A DNA stretch of 64,000 nucleotides from Patescibacteria group bacterium (GTDB lineage: Bacteria; Patescibacteriota; JAHJAL01), in NCBI GenBank assembly GCA_049322675.1, contig JBMORM010000009.1:16934-80933 (forward strand), given 5' to 3'. The notes under the pieces were generated by a model. It did no database searches. It was not told where the DNA came from and saw only the letters and a list, made by a program, of their open reading frames with translations. The position numbers were made by a program, and so were the translations under genes. Within the stretch, counting starts at the first letter, position 1; each line of letters starts with the position of its first letter. Shown here in pieces: positions 20,889-31,548 of the stretch.

Positions 20889-22151
20889 TTATTGAATTTG
20901 ATGTCTGATAACTGAGGCACCGAGTGATTGTAGGCGTTGATCAAGATTGGCATAACCTCGGTCAACCAAATCAATATTGTCAATTTGACTTTGTCCTTCG
21001 GCGATCAAGCCGGCTATAACTAGGGCAATCCCAGCTCGAATATCCGGACTAACTATTTTTTTACCTGATAATGCAGTGGCGCCAAAAACTATTGCCCGAT
21101 GCGGATCGCAGGTAACAATATTGGCACCCATTTTATTTAGCCATTCAACATAGTTTAAGCGTCCTTCAAAAATAGTCTCGTGGATCATGCTCAAACCTTT
21201 GGCTTGAGTCATCAAGACGGTATAAGGCGCCTGCAGATCAGTAGGAAAGCCGGGATATGGATTGGTAGTCATATCTTTGGCTAAAAGATTAGTTGAATGT
21301 TTTACTTCAATGGAGTCTTCATTGCGAGAAAATTCTACACCAACATTTTTCATGCTAGCCAGAAATACTTCCAAGTGATCGGGCCGGCAATTTTTGATAG
21401 TTATTGATCCTCCCCCGAGTGCACCCAAAATGACAAAAGTTCCAGCTTCAATTCGATCAGGGATAATAGAATTTTTGCCCCCCGTGAGCGATTTTACTCC
21501 TTCGATTATAATTCTGGGGCTGCCAGCGCCGGTTATTTTTGCCCCACGCTGATTGAGAAACTCAGCCAAAGCAACGACACTTGGTTCGCACGCGGCATAT
21601 TCAATAACAGTTTTTCCTTCGGCCAAAACGGCTGACATTAGAATATTTTCTGTTCCGGTCACGCTAATTAATCTTGGGACTATTTTATTCCCTATTAATT
21701 TATTGGCTTTTATATGATAGTTTTCTTCATCAACTTCAATTTTTGCTCCCATTTGCAGAAATGCGTCAAGGTGTATATCGATATCTCTTTTACCGATAAT
21801 GCAGCCTCCCGGATGAGGAATGGTCACCTCCCCAAATCTGGCAAGCATAGGGCCGATTAGAACAGTCGAGGCTCTTAATTTTTTTGCCAAAATTGGATCA
21901 ATGATGGTTTTATTTATTCCCGAACAGTCAAATTCAAAACTATTTTTTTGCAATTCTTTTATCTTTACACCTAGGTCTTCCATAATCTGCATCATGATTT
22001 TTATGTCGGTTATATCCGGAACATTGGAGATAATACATTTTTCTTGGGAGAGAATAGTTGAAGGAATTATTTTCAACGCGGTATTTTTGTCGCCGGATAC
22101 CGATATTTCCCCCTGAAGTTTTTGGCGACCATTAATGATGTATTGATACAT
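20889..22151 (-). CDS. murA: UDP-N-acetylglucosamine 1-carboxyvinyltransferase
   Basis: SGDKN, LRAS, PGGCIIGKR, PDRIEAGT, YPGFPTDLQ, DIRAG. Start taken at ATG 22151. Confidence 0.96.
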   Translation of the reverse strand: MYQYIINGRQKLQGEISVSGDKNTALKIIPSTILSQEKCIISNVPDITDIKIMMQIMEDLGVKIKELQKNSFEFDCSGINKTIIDPILAKKLRASTVLIGPMLARFGEVTIPHPGGCIIGKRDIDIHLDAFLQMGAKIEVDEENYHIKANKLIGNKIVPRLISVTGTENILMSAVLAEGKTVIEYAACEPSVVALAEFLNQRGAKITGAGSPRIIIEGVKSLTGGKNSIIPDRIEAGTFVILGALGGGSITIKNCRPDHLEVFLASMKNVGVEFSRNEDSIEVKHSTNLLAKDMTTNPYPGFPTDLQAPYTVLMTQAKGLSMIHETIFEGRLNYVEWLNKMGANIVTCDPHRAIVFGATALSGKKIVSPDIRAGIALVIAGLIAEGQSQIDNIDLVDRGYANLDQRLQSLGASVIRHQIQ

Positions 22152-22268
22152 AATATTTTGAATAAAAAATAAATAACCCAATATTAATCATAATAAATTT
22201 TGATGGTATTACCAATTACTATATATTTACTCTTTGGTTTAAAGAAAATATTTGATATCTATTTATAG

Positions 22269-22298
22269 TTGACCAATTGGGGTTAATAATGTTATAAT
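22269..22298 (+). promoter_or_regulatory. Sigma70-type promoter about 10 nt before the ATG (near-leaderless)
   Basis: TTGACC-N18-TATAAT with extended TG. Confidence 0.5.
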
Positions 22299-22308
22299 GT
22301 AGGGATTT

Positions 22309-23856
22309 ATGATAAATAGAAAATTGAAAAAATTTGGTTTGTTTCTTTTTGTCAACATACTTCCGGTAGCAATCGGACTGTTTTTGATATGGCCAAAGGA
22401 GATATTGGCGAGTGATCTGGTTGTTTTTGAATACCCGCCCAATGACACGACAGTGGTTGAAAAGTCTGAGAATGTCATAATAAAGGGTTTTGTTAAAAAA
22501 AACACCAATGAATTGGCATCCGTTCAGATTAGTTTTGACGGCCAAATATGGAGAAATGTTGTTGTTGATAAAAACAATAGTGATTCATTTTATCATTGGC
22601 ACTATCCATGGACAGCAGCAGGAAAAGGAAAAAACTTTATTCAAATCAGCGTAAAAGATAAAAAAGGTGAGGAGACTTTAACCTTAAAGATGATTGAAGT
22701 GAAACCAAAAGTCGGGGAAGAAGAAGATAATTTACGGGAAATGTTGGAAAGTTACAAGCAAGAGATTATGGATAAAAATAACAAAGTTTCTCCTGAGGTG
22801 GTGTATAAAGACGACATCGTTTTTATGATCGAATATATTTTGAACAATAACTTCGGTAATTGGATTGACAAAAACTGGGGAGTATTATTATTTGGTAAAG
22901 AAAATTTGGAGTATAGTTTGAATTTAATGATAAAATATAATAATTTTGTTCGCCAATATCCGATTGGAACAGATCTAGTAGTGGCATCTTCCTGGCCAAT
23001 CTTGATTTTTGATGTTTTTATTACGATTTGGCTGATAATATTTGGTAAAATACTTTCTTCTCTCCATATTTTCCAAGCAAAATTTGCAAATGCACGATCG
23101 CAAAGAATATCGAAAAAAACGGTTACTGTTTTCGATGCTATGACTTTGGAAGTAGTTAGTTTGGCCAAAATGTCATTCAGAAATTCATTTGGACGAGAAT
23201 ATGTTTTGTATGCCAATGAGGAGGGAAAAATTAACTTGGAATCTCTGCCGTCGGAAACGTACACGTGGACAAATCTTTCCAAAGGATATAAAAATTATAT
23301 TTTAGAATCAATATCGCAGAATATATATCGACAAAAGACAATAGCAAAAGACAATATTATTGTCGGCGATTATGATATAGATTGCGCTATTGCCGCAATG
23401 CCGATTGTCGGACAGGAGAGAGCGAGTAAATTTACAAAAGCTAATTTTCTTTTTCCTAGTCAAAAATGGTTGATCAATAATTTTATCTGGTTAGCAGTTT
23501 GGGGTATCTTGGCTGGAATCAATTTGTATTACTTCCAACCGCAACGCTCAGTTTTAATTATTATTTGCATTTTAGTATTAGGTCTTTTTGTTAATTATTT
23601 GTTGTCTCCCAAAAAAGTTTGGGGAGTCATGAGGACTCTCAATGGCACAAGATTGGCTTGGAAAATGATAGTACTAAAAAAAGAGGAAGAGATTTTTGCG
23701 AAAACTTGGACGGACTGGGAAGGTAAGTTTTCTTTTAAATCAATTCCCGAAGGAGATTATCAAATTCTGGCACAAAGAAATGAGGTATATAGAAAATATG
23801 ATATTTTTGTAGAAAAAACCGGTCAGCCCAAGAAAATAGTGGAGGTAAATATTTAA
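22309..23856 (+). CDS. Membrane protein with N-terminal Ig-like and carboxypeptidase-regulatory-like domains
   Basis: Signal/TM, VQISFDGQIW...WHYPW Ig-like segment, internal TMs, TDWEGKFSFKSIPEGDYQI. Confidence 0.6.
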   Translation: MINRKLKKFGLFLFVNILPVAIGLFLIWPKEILASDLVVFEYPPNDTTVVEKSENVIIKGFVKKNTNELASVQISFDGQIWRNVVVDKNNSDSFYHWHYPWTAAGKGKNFIQISVKDKKGEETLTLKMIEVKPKVGEEEDNLREMLESYKQEIMDKNNKVSPEVVYKDDIVFMIEYILNNNFGNWIDKNWGVLLFGKENLEYSLNLMIKYNNFVRQYPIGTDLVVASSWPILIFDVFITIWLIIFGKILSSLHIFQAKFANARSQRISKKTVTVFDAMTLEVVSLAKMSFRNSFGREYVLYANEEGKINLESLPSETYTWTNLSKGYKNYILESISQNIYRQKTIAKDNIIVGDYDIDCAIAAMPIVGQERASKFTKANFLFPSQKWLINNFIWLAVWGILAGINLYYFQPQRSVLIIICILVLGLFVNYLLSPKKVWGVMRTLNGTRLAWKMIVLKKEEEIFAKTWTDWEGKFSFKSIPEGDYQILAQRNEVYRKYDIFVEKTGQPKKIVEVNI

Positions 23857-24887
23857 TATTTTTTGGGATATTTTTTTGCCAGTTGAAAAATGCGGTTATT
23901 GATTGCGGTCAAACCATCGTGAGTAACGGCCGAAATGGCGAATATTTTGTTTCGCTTTTTTTTGATTTTGTTTTTAAAATCAATGATAAATTTCTTTATA
24001 TCAGGATGATCAGCCCGTAATCCCAAGGCATCGATTTTGGTAAAACAAATTATTTCTGGTTTTTTTGATAACAAGGGATTGAATTTGTTTAGTTCCTGAC
24101 GAATATTTAGATAATCTCGAGCGACATCCGGGTTGAGAATATCTATCAAATGGACTAAAATCCTAGTTCTTTCGATGTGTTTGAGAAAATTAAATCCAAG
24201 GCCACGACCTTGACTGGCCCCTTCAATCAGTCCAGGGATATCGGCTACGATCAGATTTGTATCATACAAAGTCATTACACCAAGATTGGGAATAATAGTG
24301 GTAAATGGATAAGAGGCGATTTTTGGTTTAGCCGAAGTTACTACTGACAAGAAAGTTGATTTGCCGCTATTCGGCAACCCTATTAAACCAATGTCGGCGA
24401 TGGTTTTTAATTCTAACCATATCTTTTTGCTTTCGCCGGGCAGACCTGGTTGTGCGTAACGAGGAGAACGATTGATAGAAGTGGCAAAATGGGTATTGCC
24501 TAGTCCGCCCAATCCTCCTTTTGCTGCAACAAAGGACAAATCTGGTTTATTTAAATCGGCCAGTACTTGGTACGAACCATCTTCAACAATCTGATAAACA
24601 ATGGTTCCTACTGGAACTTCAATAATTTGATTTTCACCGGCGGCGCCACTTTTGTTTTGGCGACCGCCATTTTGTCCATCTGAGGCAGTAAATTTTTTCT
24701 TGCCTAAAAAAGAAGAAAGTGTGTTTAGATTATGATTGGTCTTGAAAACTATATCACCTCCCTTGCCGCCATCGCCACCATCTGGTCCACCGCGATAATT
24801 TGATTTTTCCCTGAAAAAAGAAGCTAGTCCTTTCCCACCATGGCCGGCAGATATTTTTATTTTTACTTGGTCGCAAAATGTGTTCAT
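23853..24887 (-). CDS. obgE: GTPase Obg
   Basis: Gly-rich N-terminus, GLPNSGKST, YPFTT, DIPG, TKID. Confidence 0.96.
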   Translation of the reverse strand: MNTFCDQVKIKISAGHGGKGLASFFREKSNYRGGPDGGDGGKGGDIVFKTNHNLNTLSSFLGKKKFTASDGQNGGRQNKSGAAGENQIIEVPVGTIVYQIVEDGSYQVLADLNKPDLSFVAAKGGLGGLGNTHFATSINRSPRYAQPGLPGESKKIWLELKTIADIGLIGLPNSGKSTFLSVVTSAKPKIASYPFTTIIPNLGVMTLYDTNLIVADIPGLIEGASQGRGLGFNFLKHIERTRILVHLIDILNPDVARDYLNIRQELNKFNPLLSKKPEIICFTKIDALGLRADHPDIKKFIIDFKNKIKKKRNKIFAISAVTHDGLTAINNRIFQLAKKYPKKY

Positions 24888-26797
24888 ATTTTTGGGGTAA
24901 AATATTGGATCAATTTTTTTGATAGGTAGTTTTTAAATTCTATCTTGTTTTTTTCATTTTCAAAGTGAAAATACATTTGAGGATTATCTAATCTATCTTG
25001 GAGAAAATATTCTTTTAATTCGCCGATTATTTTCCCCCCAGAAGGATTATTGATCATGAAATTGATCGATGACATGAAAGACGAGGTTGTGTTTTTTTTA
25101 AGAATCGGGAAAATATCAATTATTAATTCTTTTAGTAAATCACCAGATACAGGATATGGTGTTTTTTTATTGATTAGCTTGGTAAGAATTTTTTGAAATT
25201 TGGAATGACTATCTTTATTGCTTTTTTTTGAATTTGCAGCCAATAAAATATTGTTAATTGTATCAACTTCAGACTGCCCCAGAATACTGCAATTTTCTAT
25301 TTTTTGTACAAGTAATTTTATGTTTTTCTTGGCGATTTTGTCTCGGTAAATAGGCAATTTTAATTCAGTTATTACAATATCGATTTCTGCTTGATTTAAA
25401 GGGGTAACTAGTTTTTGTTTGACTTCTTTGATACGCTTGATAAATTGTTCAAGACTGTGAAAATTTGGTGGCTTATTTCCTGATTTGACTGCTGACGAAG
25501 CATCCAAATAACAAACTTGTAACAACTCCAAGCCCTGAATTTCATCATCAAGAAAATACTTGATGATTTTTCTTTCTTTTATTTCATTGGCTTTGACATT
25601 GAAAGGCATCATATGTTTACTTACCAGAAATTCCACTTTTTTGATATCTACGTGCAATTTATCAGTTTTCGCGAAAGGACTTGTCAATTTGAGGTGTTTG
25701 ATAAACTCATGGCACAATTCTTTGGAAACTTCAGGATGATTGTAATAAGTATAATTGTTCTCCTTGAGTACAAAGGTGGATACTTTTCCAAAATCATGCA
25801 ACAAAATTGCCAATTTAACATTGATAGAAACATCTTTGGGTAAGCCAATTTTATTGAAGGCGAGTTTGGGTATATTTTTAAGACCCAAGACAGTGTGATT
25901 CCAAACATTACCCTCGGCATGATAGTCATATGGTTGTTCTGTAGTTTTCAGTCCTTCCCATGTTTTTTTTAGATTAGGAGTAAGTATAGATTTATATACA
26001 CCACTTTGATCTAGCAATTCAATCATGTATGACGGATTAGCATTGAACCCTTTGAGAAACTCTGCCGCCAACACTTCCCAGGCTACTCGAGTAACTTTTT
26101 TTTGGCCATTTTTTGAAGACAAAAGAAAAGTGGCGCAAATCTGGTGATGGTTATTTTTTATTATAGAAAAAGTTTTTTTCTCGATTTCAAAATTCAATTG
26201 AGAAGAAAATCTTATTGCTCTCAGCATTCTGGTTGGATCTTCTTTCACTAACCTTTCATAAGGATCGCCGACGGCTTTGATTTGACCTTTTTTTTCTTCT
26301 AAGCCGAGATCATTTAGTCCATCAAAAGGATCAATCAACTGATAAGTAGATAAATTGACGGCAAGAGCGTTGATAGTAAAATCACGACGAGACAGATCGT
26401 CTGATATAGATATATTTTTATGAGATATAGTTTCGACATCTTGATGACCCAAGAAGTATTCTCGATACAAATCTAGACGAGGCAAAGCGATATCGATGAT
26501 TGTTTTGCTTCCAGGTGACCGATATTTGAAAACGCCAAAATTTCTACTTTGGATATCTACCAACTTCCCAGGTAATTTGCTCAAGAAATTATATAATTCC
26601 TCTTTTTCTACTCCTTCAACGACAAAATCATAATCTTTGAATGGCCGTTGCAAAATATAATCTCGAACTGCTCCACCGACGAGATATGTTTTGGGGTACT
26701 TTCGAATAATTCTGCCAATTATTTTTCCAAATTCAGACTTTTTTAGAAGTTTATCAACTAGTGGCTTAAAATTTATTTTTGTAATCTTTTTTTTCAT
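24884..26797 (-). CDS. cca: Class II CCA tRNA nucleotidyltransferase with HD domain and long C-terminal extension
   Basis: VGGAVRD, DYDF, RRDFTINA, EDPTRMLRA, HAEG..WNH, LLHDFGK. Both tRNA genes in the window lack an encoded CCA. Confidence 0.85.
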   Translation of the reverse strand: MKKKITKINFKPLVDKLLKKSEFGKIIGRIIRKYPKTYLVGGAVRDYILQRPFKDYDFVVEGVEKEELYNFLSKLPGKLVDIQSRNFGVFKYRSPGSKTIIDIALPRLDLYREYFLGHQDVETISHKNISISDDLSRRDFTINALAVNLSTYQLIDPFDGLNDLGLEEKKGQIKAVGDPYERLVKEDPTRMLRAIRFSSQLNFEIEKKTFSIIKNNHHQICATFLLSSKNGQKKVTRVAWEVLAAEFLKGFNANPSYMIELLDQSGVYKSILTPNLKKTWEGLKTTEQPYDYHAEGNVWNHTVLGLKNIPKLAFNKIGLPKDVSINVKLAILLHDFGKVSTFVLKENNYTYYNHPEVSKELCHEFIKHLKLTSPFAKTDKLHVDIKKVEFLVSKHMMPFNVKANEIKERKIIKYFLDDEIQGLELLQVCYLDASSAVKSGNKPPNFHSLEQFIKRIKEVKQKLVTPLNQAEIDIVITELKLPIYRDKIAKKNIKLLVQKIENCSILGQSEVDTINNILLAANSKKSNKDSHSKFQKILTKLINKKTPYPVSGDLLKELIIDIFPILKKNTTSSFMSSINFMINNPSGGKIIGELKEYFLQDRLDNPQMYFHFENEKNKIEFKNYLSKKLIQYFTPKI

Positions 26798-26837
26798 GTA
26801 TAAATATTTTTATCAATTTATATTAACAGATTTGACT

Positions 26838-26876
26838 AAAAAAATAAAGGGAACGTTTAGATCGGCGTTCCCTTTA
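26838..26876 (-). terminator. Intrinsic terminator after the LysM/M23 gene
   Basis: TAAAGGGAACG...CGTTCCCTTTA with U-rich tail on the minus strand. Confidence 0.65.
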
Positions 26877-26899
26877 CGATAAGATATTTTTATAAATGA

Positions 26900-28285
26900 T
26901 TAAAGGTAATTTAGCGGATTTAGATATGAACCATTGTAGCGTATTTCAAAATGCAAATGGGGACCGGTTGACCAACCGGTGGAGCCCATAGTTCCTATTC
27001 TTTGTCCTTTGCTTACGGATTGACCGACAGACACATCAAGTGACGAAAGATGGCCATACAATGTCTGATAACCATTGCCATGATCAATGATCACATGATT
27101 GCCATATCCCCCACCCCATCCATAAGAGGCGGTAGTAACCGATCCGCTGTCGGAGGCAAAAATATCCCAACCAGATCGCGCATCCAAATCAAGACCAGTA
27201 TGCCAAGGATTAAAACTGGTTGAGCCAAAATACTGACTAATGAACATGCCTGATGTTGGCCATCCAAATTGACCACTGCCAGCCAATGGTGAGGCAGAAG
27301 AATCGATTTGAGGTTGATAATAATCGTTTGAATAATCATTTGTGGTAATCGGATTGCTGACAACTGGTTTTGGAGGAGGGGGAACTTCACCACCAGGAAG
27401 AATAATCTTTTGACCAATAGATACTTCTCCACTCGAGAGATTATTCCATTTATAGATGTCGTCCAAATTACTTTTGTACTTTTCTGCAATAGAAGAAAGA
27501 CTATCGCCGTCTTGGACAGTATAGTAGATACCGTCCATCGGCATGATATATATTTCTTGTCCTTCGATAATAGTGCCACTATCATCCATTCCATTTGACC
27601 ATTTGATGGTATCGGCGGAAATAGCATACTTGTCGGCAATTGACCATAGAGTTTCATCGGCTTTTACTAGATGGACAATAACATTTTTTCTGGAAATTTC
27701 TGACACTTCAGTAACAGGAGTATTAGTTTTTTCCAGATATGAGTTTTGAATCAAGGCCAAGTCTTTTGGTTGATTTTCTTTTTGATTTTGAATAGCTTGG
27801 TTAATTTGGTCTTTTTTATCATCTGAAGAAGTGTAGTCTGCAACAGTGGAAGCTATTTGAGCGATGTCTTTCGAAGTGACGATATTGGATTTAGAACGGT
27901 CGTCGTCAAGATTTATTTCTATTAAATTGGAATCAACGGAATTGGCTAGAGCAAAACTTCCAGGGTTTAAATTTTTATTACAATATGAACCAAAACAACT
28001 GTTGGTGAGTATGGTAAAACCAGCGACAGCAACAATGCCGGCGTGAGTAAGATACTTTTTTAAGTTGTTTAGTCTGATTGGTTGATTTTGTCGTGATTGA
28101 CGGGGTAGAAAATAACTGTTTTGATCGTCATAGCTTGAGTGTGTATGATTGACGGAAAATTTATTTTCTTTTGATACAGGAAGAAAGCGACTAATGGTAT
28201 TTTTTATCAAAGAAAAGTAACTGGAAGATTGCGCTCCGGAATTGTAGTGCCGAAGGTGTCGCGACCTGAGGTTAACTTTTCGCAT
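26900..28285 (-). CDS. LysM-domain M23 peptidoglycan endopeptidase
   Basis: Two LysM repeats (ETLWSIADKY; DSLSSIAEKY), HTGLD, YGHL, TGPHLHFE. Confidence 0.93.
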   Translation of the reverse strand: MRKVNLRSRHLRHYNSGAQSSSYFSLIKNTISRFLPVSKENKFSVNHTHSSYDDQNSYFLPRQSRQNQPIRLNNLKKYLTHAGIVAVAGFTILTNSCFGSYCNKNLNPGSFALANSVDSNLIEINLDDDRSKSNIVTSKDIAQIASTVADYTSSDDKKDQINQAIQNQKENQPKDLALIQNSYLEKTNTPVTEVSEISRKNVIVHLVKADETLWSIADKYAISADTIKWSNGMDDSGTIIEGQEIYIMPMDGIYYTVQDGDSLSSIAEKYKSNLDDIYKWNNLSSGEVSIGQKIILPGGEVPPPPKPVVSNPITTNDYSNDYYQPQIDSSASPLAGSGQFGWPTSGMFISQYFGSTSFNPWHTGLDLDARSGWDIFASDSGSVTTASYGWGGGYGNHVIIDHGNGYQTLYGHLSSLDVSVGQSVSKGQRIGTMGSTGWSTGPHLHFEIRYNGSYLNPLNYL

Positions 28286-28429
28286 AAAACCCTCTTGGGT
28301 TTATAACAAATAAGCAGTCTTTTCTTTTGTTTTTTAATCAAATTTTAATTTTACAGCCTTTTTATTGTATTATCTGTGATAACATTTGTCAATGTGTATA
28401 TCTTATGGAACTGACCGGCATGTTCAAGA

Positions 28430-30088
28430 TTAATAGCCAGATTTTTTGTTTATTTTTTCTTCCGCGAAAAAAATCCGGTCAAGGATACCCTTTCCTTCAT
28501 TTTTATTTAGTATTTTCACTTGAGAATAATCTAATATTTGCGTGGGAACTAGATCGATATTTATTATTTTTTTGTTGTAGATCTGTATTGGTAGTAATAC
28601 CCCTTCAGTTGTTTCCTGCGACCACATTTGGTCCATAATAAAATTGCCAAGACTATAGATAATGTATTTTCCTTTGTAAATTTCATCAGCTTGAACCACA
28701 TGGGGATGGGTACCAATAATTAAATCGGCGCCGGAATCAATAGCGGCGTGCGCAAACTGTATCTGTTGTAGGGTTGGATCAGGAGTATATTCTGTTCCCC
28801 AATGGAAATTAACAAACAATAGATCGCAATCTTTTTTCGTATCAGAAATAATAGTTTGTACTCGCGATAGGTCGGATTCCGAGTTTAGATCAATCCAAGC
28901 AGTTCCAGCGATATCTCCCGAAGCGCCGTAGCTGTCAGGCATTATACTAACAAAACTAATAAAACCATATTTTGTCCCATTTTTGTCAATGAATTTGGGG
29001 GAAAAAGCTTTATTTTCGTCCCTCCCAGCGCCCACGTATTGTATATCGTTTTTCTCAAGAATTTGAAAGTTGCTTTCCATTCCATCTCTTAGCGCATCGC
29101 CAAAATGATTACTGGAAAGAAAAACAAGATCTATGCCGGATTTGGTCAAACCTTCTACTGTCTCTGGTTGAGCAACCAAAATCATTCCTTCGCCGGTAAG
29201 CGCAGTTCCGTCTGAAATTGGAGCCTCCAACTGGGCAATTGTAATATCAGGTTTCGATAAATATTCTTGGACAAATTCAAAAGAATGAGCAGGATCTCCC
29301 GAGCGATTGATTTTCACTCCAACAAATCGTCCCATCATAATATCTCCGACTACTAAGAGATTAGTTGTTTTAGGAGTTGATATATTATTTTTTAATTCCC
29401 CAATAAGTTGTTCTTTTATTTTTTGATTATCGGTTGATAAATATATATTTATTTTGAGCGGATATAATTCCGGCTGATCAAAAGGAGAAAAACCATTTAT
29501 CAATAGAGAGTGAACTGATAGGTTAAGTTGAGATATTGGAACGAAACCAAGTGCATTTTTGTCTTCGGCAACCAGATCTATTACACTTTCGTTGTCTGGC
29601 AATATTCCCAATTGATCAAGATTTTGATTTGGAAATGTTTCTTTTAACTCCGAAGAATATTTCTCAGAAATTACGATTTTATTGAAAGTGTAACCATCGA
29701 TCTCCATCTGATTTGTCAAAGCAGGAATCTGATCAAATTTTATGTCGTCGAGATATATCTGACGACTAACGATTGCTACCAGAGGCTCTGAAGTCAATTT
29801 GACCGAATTTTTTAAACGAGAATAACCGATGGAGACAACAGACTTATCCGGAGTAACAATATCGTATTTTGCAGTTGAGTTATTGGAAAAATAGTCTTTA
29901 ATATTGCGATAATTTGGATCCTGCTCATCGATATTCAATGAAATACCATAGGTTGGATCGATAATGTTAATTTTTTCCAGTTTAATATTACCTAATTTTG
30001 TTTGAGAAAATAGAAAAATAATCGACGTGGTTGCGATACAAAACAAAGTAAAAGTAGTTACAAACAGAATATTTTTCTGACTAAACAT
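28430..30088 (-). CDS. CapA-family metallophosphatase-fold protein with N-terminal TM
   Basis: VGDIMMGR, SNHFGD, HWGTEY, GTHPHV, YSLGNF. Start taken at ATG 30088. Confidence 0.88.
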   Translation of the reverse strand: MFSQKNILFVTTFTLFCIATTSIIFLFSQTKLGNIKLEKINIIDPTYGISLNIDEQDPNYRNIKDYFSNNSTAKYDIVTPDKSVVSIGYSRLKNSVKLTSEPLVAIVSRQIYLDDIKFDQIPALTNQMEIDGYTFNKIVISEKYSSELKETFPNQNLDQLGILPDNESVIDLVAEDKNALGFVPISQLNLSVHSLLINGFSPFDQPELYPLKINIYLSTDNQKIKEQLIGELKNNISTPKTTNLLVVGDIMMGRFVGVKINRSGDPAHSFEFVQEYLSKPDITIAQLEAPISDGTALTGEGMILVAQPETVEGLTKSGIDLVFLSSNHFGDALRDGMESNFQILEKNDIQYVGAGRDENKAFSPKFIDKNGTKYGFISFVSIMPDSYGASGDIAGTAWIDLNSESDLSRVQTIISDTKKDCDLLFVNFHWGTEYTPDPTLQQIQFAHAAIDSGADLIIGTHPHVVQADEIYKGKYIIYSLGNFIMDQMWSQETTEGVLLPIQIYNKKIINIDLVPTQILDYSQVKILNKNEGKGILDRIFFAEEKINKKSGY

Positions 30089-30104
30089 ATTTTTATGTTT
30101 ATAT

Positions 30105-31544
30105 TTAGTATGATTTAGCAAATAGAACTCGTTTTTCTGATCGAGATCCACATTTTATACATTTTCCTTGCTCTTCTTTGCTTTCAAAAGGAATATTGCG
30201 AATAGTAGCTTTGGTTATTTCAGTAATCGATTTTTCGCATTCCGGATTGCCGCACCAGTGGGAGTAGATGAATCCAGGATTGGTTTCAAGAATATTTTTG
30301 AATTGATCCCAATCGTCGAGATAGTGAGTTTTTTGTTGCATGTATTTTTGAGCATCAGCGAATAAATTGGATTGAATACTGTCGAGCAATGTGGGAATCA
30401 ATTGGCTCAGTTCTGAAAGAGCGGCAGTTTGTTTTTGTCCAAGATCTCGACGGAAAACAACAATCTGATTTTTTGCAAAATCTTTGGGTCCAAATTCCAA
30501 TCTAATTGGCACACCTTTTTGTTCCCATTCGTTGAAACGCCAACCGGGCGATTTGTTCTCGTCGTCATCTATTTTGATGGTGTAATTTAATAATTCTGTT
30601 TTTATATTATTGATGGTAGCAAGAATATCTTTTTTTTCTTCCGGTGTTTTATAAATTGGAATTATGACAATTTGAATTGGAGCAATTTTGGGTGGCAGAC
30701 GTAATCCTTTGTCGTCAGAATGAGTCATAATTAAACCACCAATCATGCGGGTAGTAACCCCCCAACTTGTTTGATGAACAAATTGTTGTCGGTTGTCTCT
30801 ATCCAAGAATTGAACATTGAAAACTTTTGCAAAATTTTGTCCGAGCAGATGCGATGTGCCTGCTTGCAAGGCTTTGCCGTCCTGAGTCATCCATTCAAAA
30901 GAGTATGTTGATACCCCGCCGGCAAATTTTTCCGATTCACTTTTTTGGCCAAGAATTACTGGGACGGCCAAATATTCTCTGACGAAATGATTATAGACAT
31001 TCAACATTTTGAGCGTCATCTCCAAAGCTTCTTCGTGGGTAGCGTGAGCAGTATGCCCCTCTTGCCAAAGAAATTCCGTTGTTCTTAAAAATAATCTAGG
31101 TCTTTTTTCCCAACGAACAACATTTGCCCATTGATTGATGAGCAAAGGCAAGTCGCGATAGGATTTAATCCAACGCGAGTATGTATCGTACATGATCGTT
31201 TCCGATGTAGGACGAACAACAAGAGGTTCTTCCAACTTTTTTCCACCTGCGTGAGTTACGACGGCTACTTCCGGCGAAAAACCTTCAACGTGCTCTTTTT
31301 CTTTTTCTAAAAAGCTTTTTGGAATAAACAAGGGGAAATATGCGTTTTGCACACCTTCGTTTTTTATTAATTTGTCTAAGATTGATTGAAACTTCTCCCA
31401 AATTGCATAACCATATGGTTTAATAATCATACAGCCTTTGACAGGCGCATGCTCAGCTAAATCACATTTTTCGATTATGTCGTTGTACCATTTGGAAAAA
31501 TCTTCCGAACGAGGAGTAATTTTGAGAGAAACGTTTTTATTCAT
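30105..31544 (-). CDS. proS: Prolyl-tRNA synthetase, archaeal/eukaryote-like type
   Basis: VRPTSE, QWANVVRWE, FLWQEGHT, TSWGVTTR, C-terminal Zn domain ending FAKSY. Confidence 0.97.
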   Translation of the reverse strand: MNKNVSLKITPRSEDFSKWYNDIIEKCDLAEHAPVKGCMIIKPYGYAIWEKFQSILDKLIKNEGVQNAYFPLFIPKSFLEKEKEHVEGFSPEVAVVTHAGGKKLEEPLVVRPTSETIMYDTYSRWIKSYRDLPLLINQWANVVRWEKRPRLFLRTTEFLWQEGHTAHATHEEALEMTLKMLNVYNHFVREYLAVPVILGQKSESEKFAGGVSTYSFEWMTQDGKALQAGTSHLLGQNFAKVFNVQFLDRDNRQQFVHQTSWGVTTRMIGGLIMTHSDDKGLRLPPKIAPIQIVIIPIYKTPEEKKDILATINNIKTELLNYTIKIDDDENKSPGWRFNEWEQKGVPIRLEFGPKDFAKNQIVVFRRDLGQKQTAALSELSQLIPTLLDSIQSNLFADAQKYMQQKTHYLDDWDQFKNILETNPGFIYSHWCGNPECEKSITEITKATIRNIPFESKEEQGKCIKCGSRSEKRVLFAKSY

Positions 31545-31548
31545 ATTA

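Noticed and set aside
22219-23282. Minus-strand ORFs 22219-22545, 22263-22508 and 22752-23282
   Set aside because: Antisense to the 515-aa plus-strand gene, which has its own promoter; no recognisable motifs.
7041-26797. UGA recoding (genetic code 25)
   Set aside because: TGA ends hinT, mtaB, a GT4 gene and cca, two of them through ATGA overlaps, and conserved genes have no in-frame TGA.
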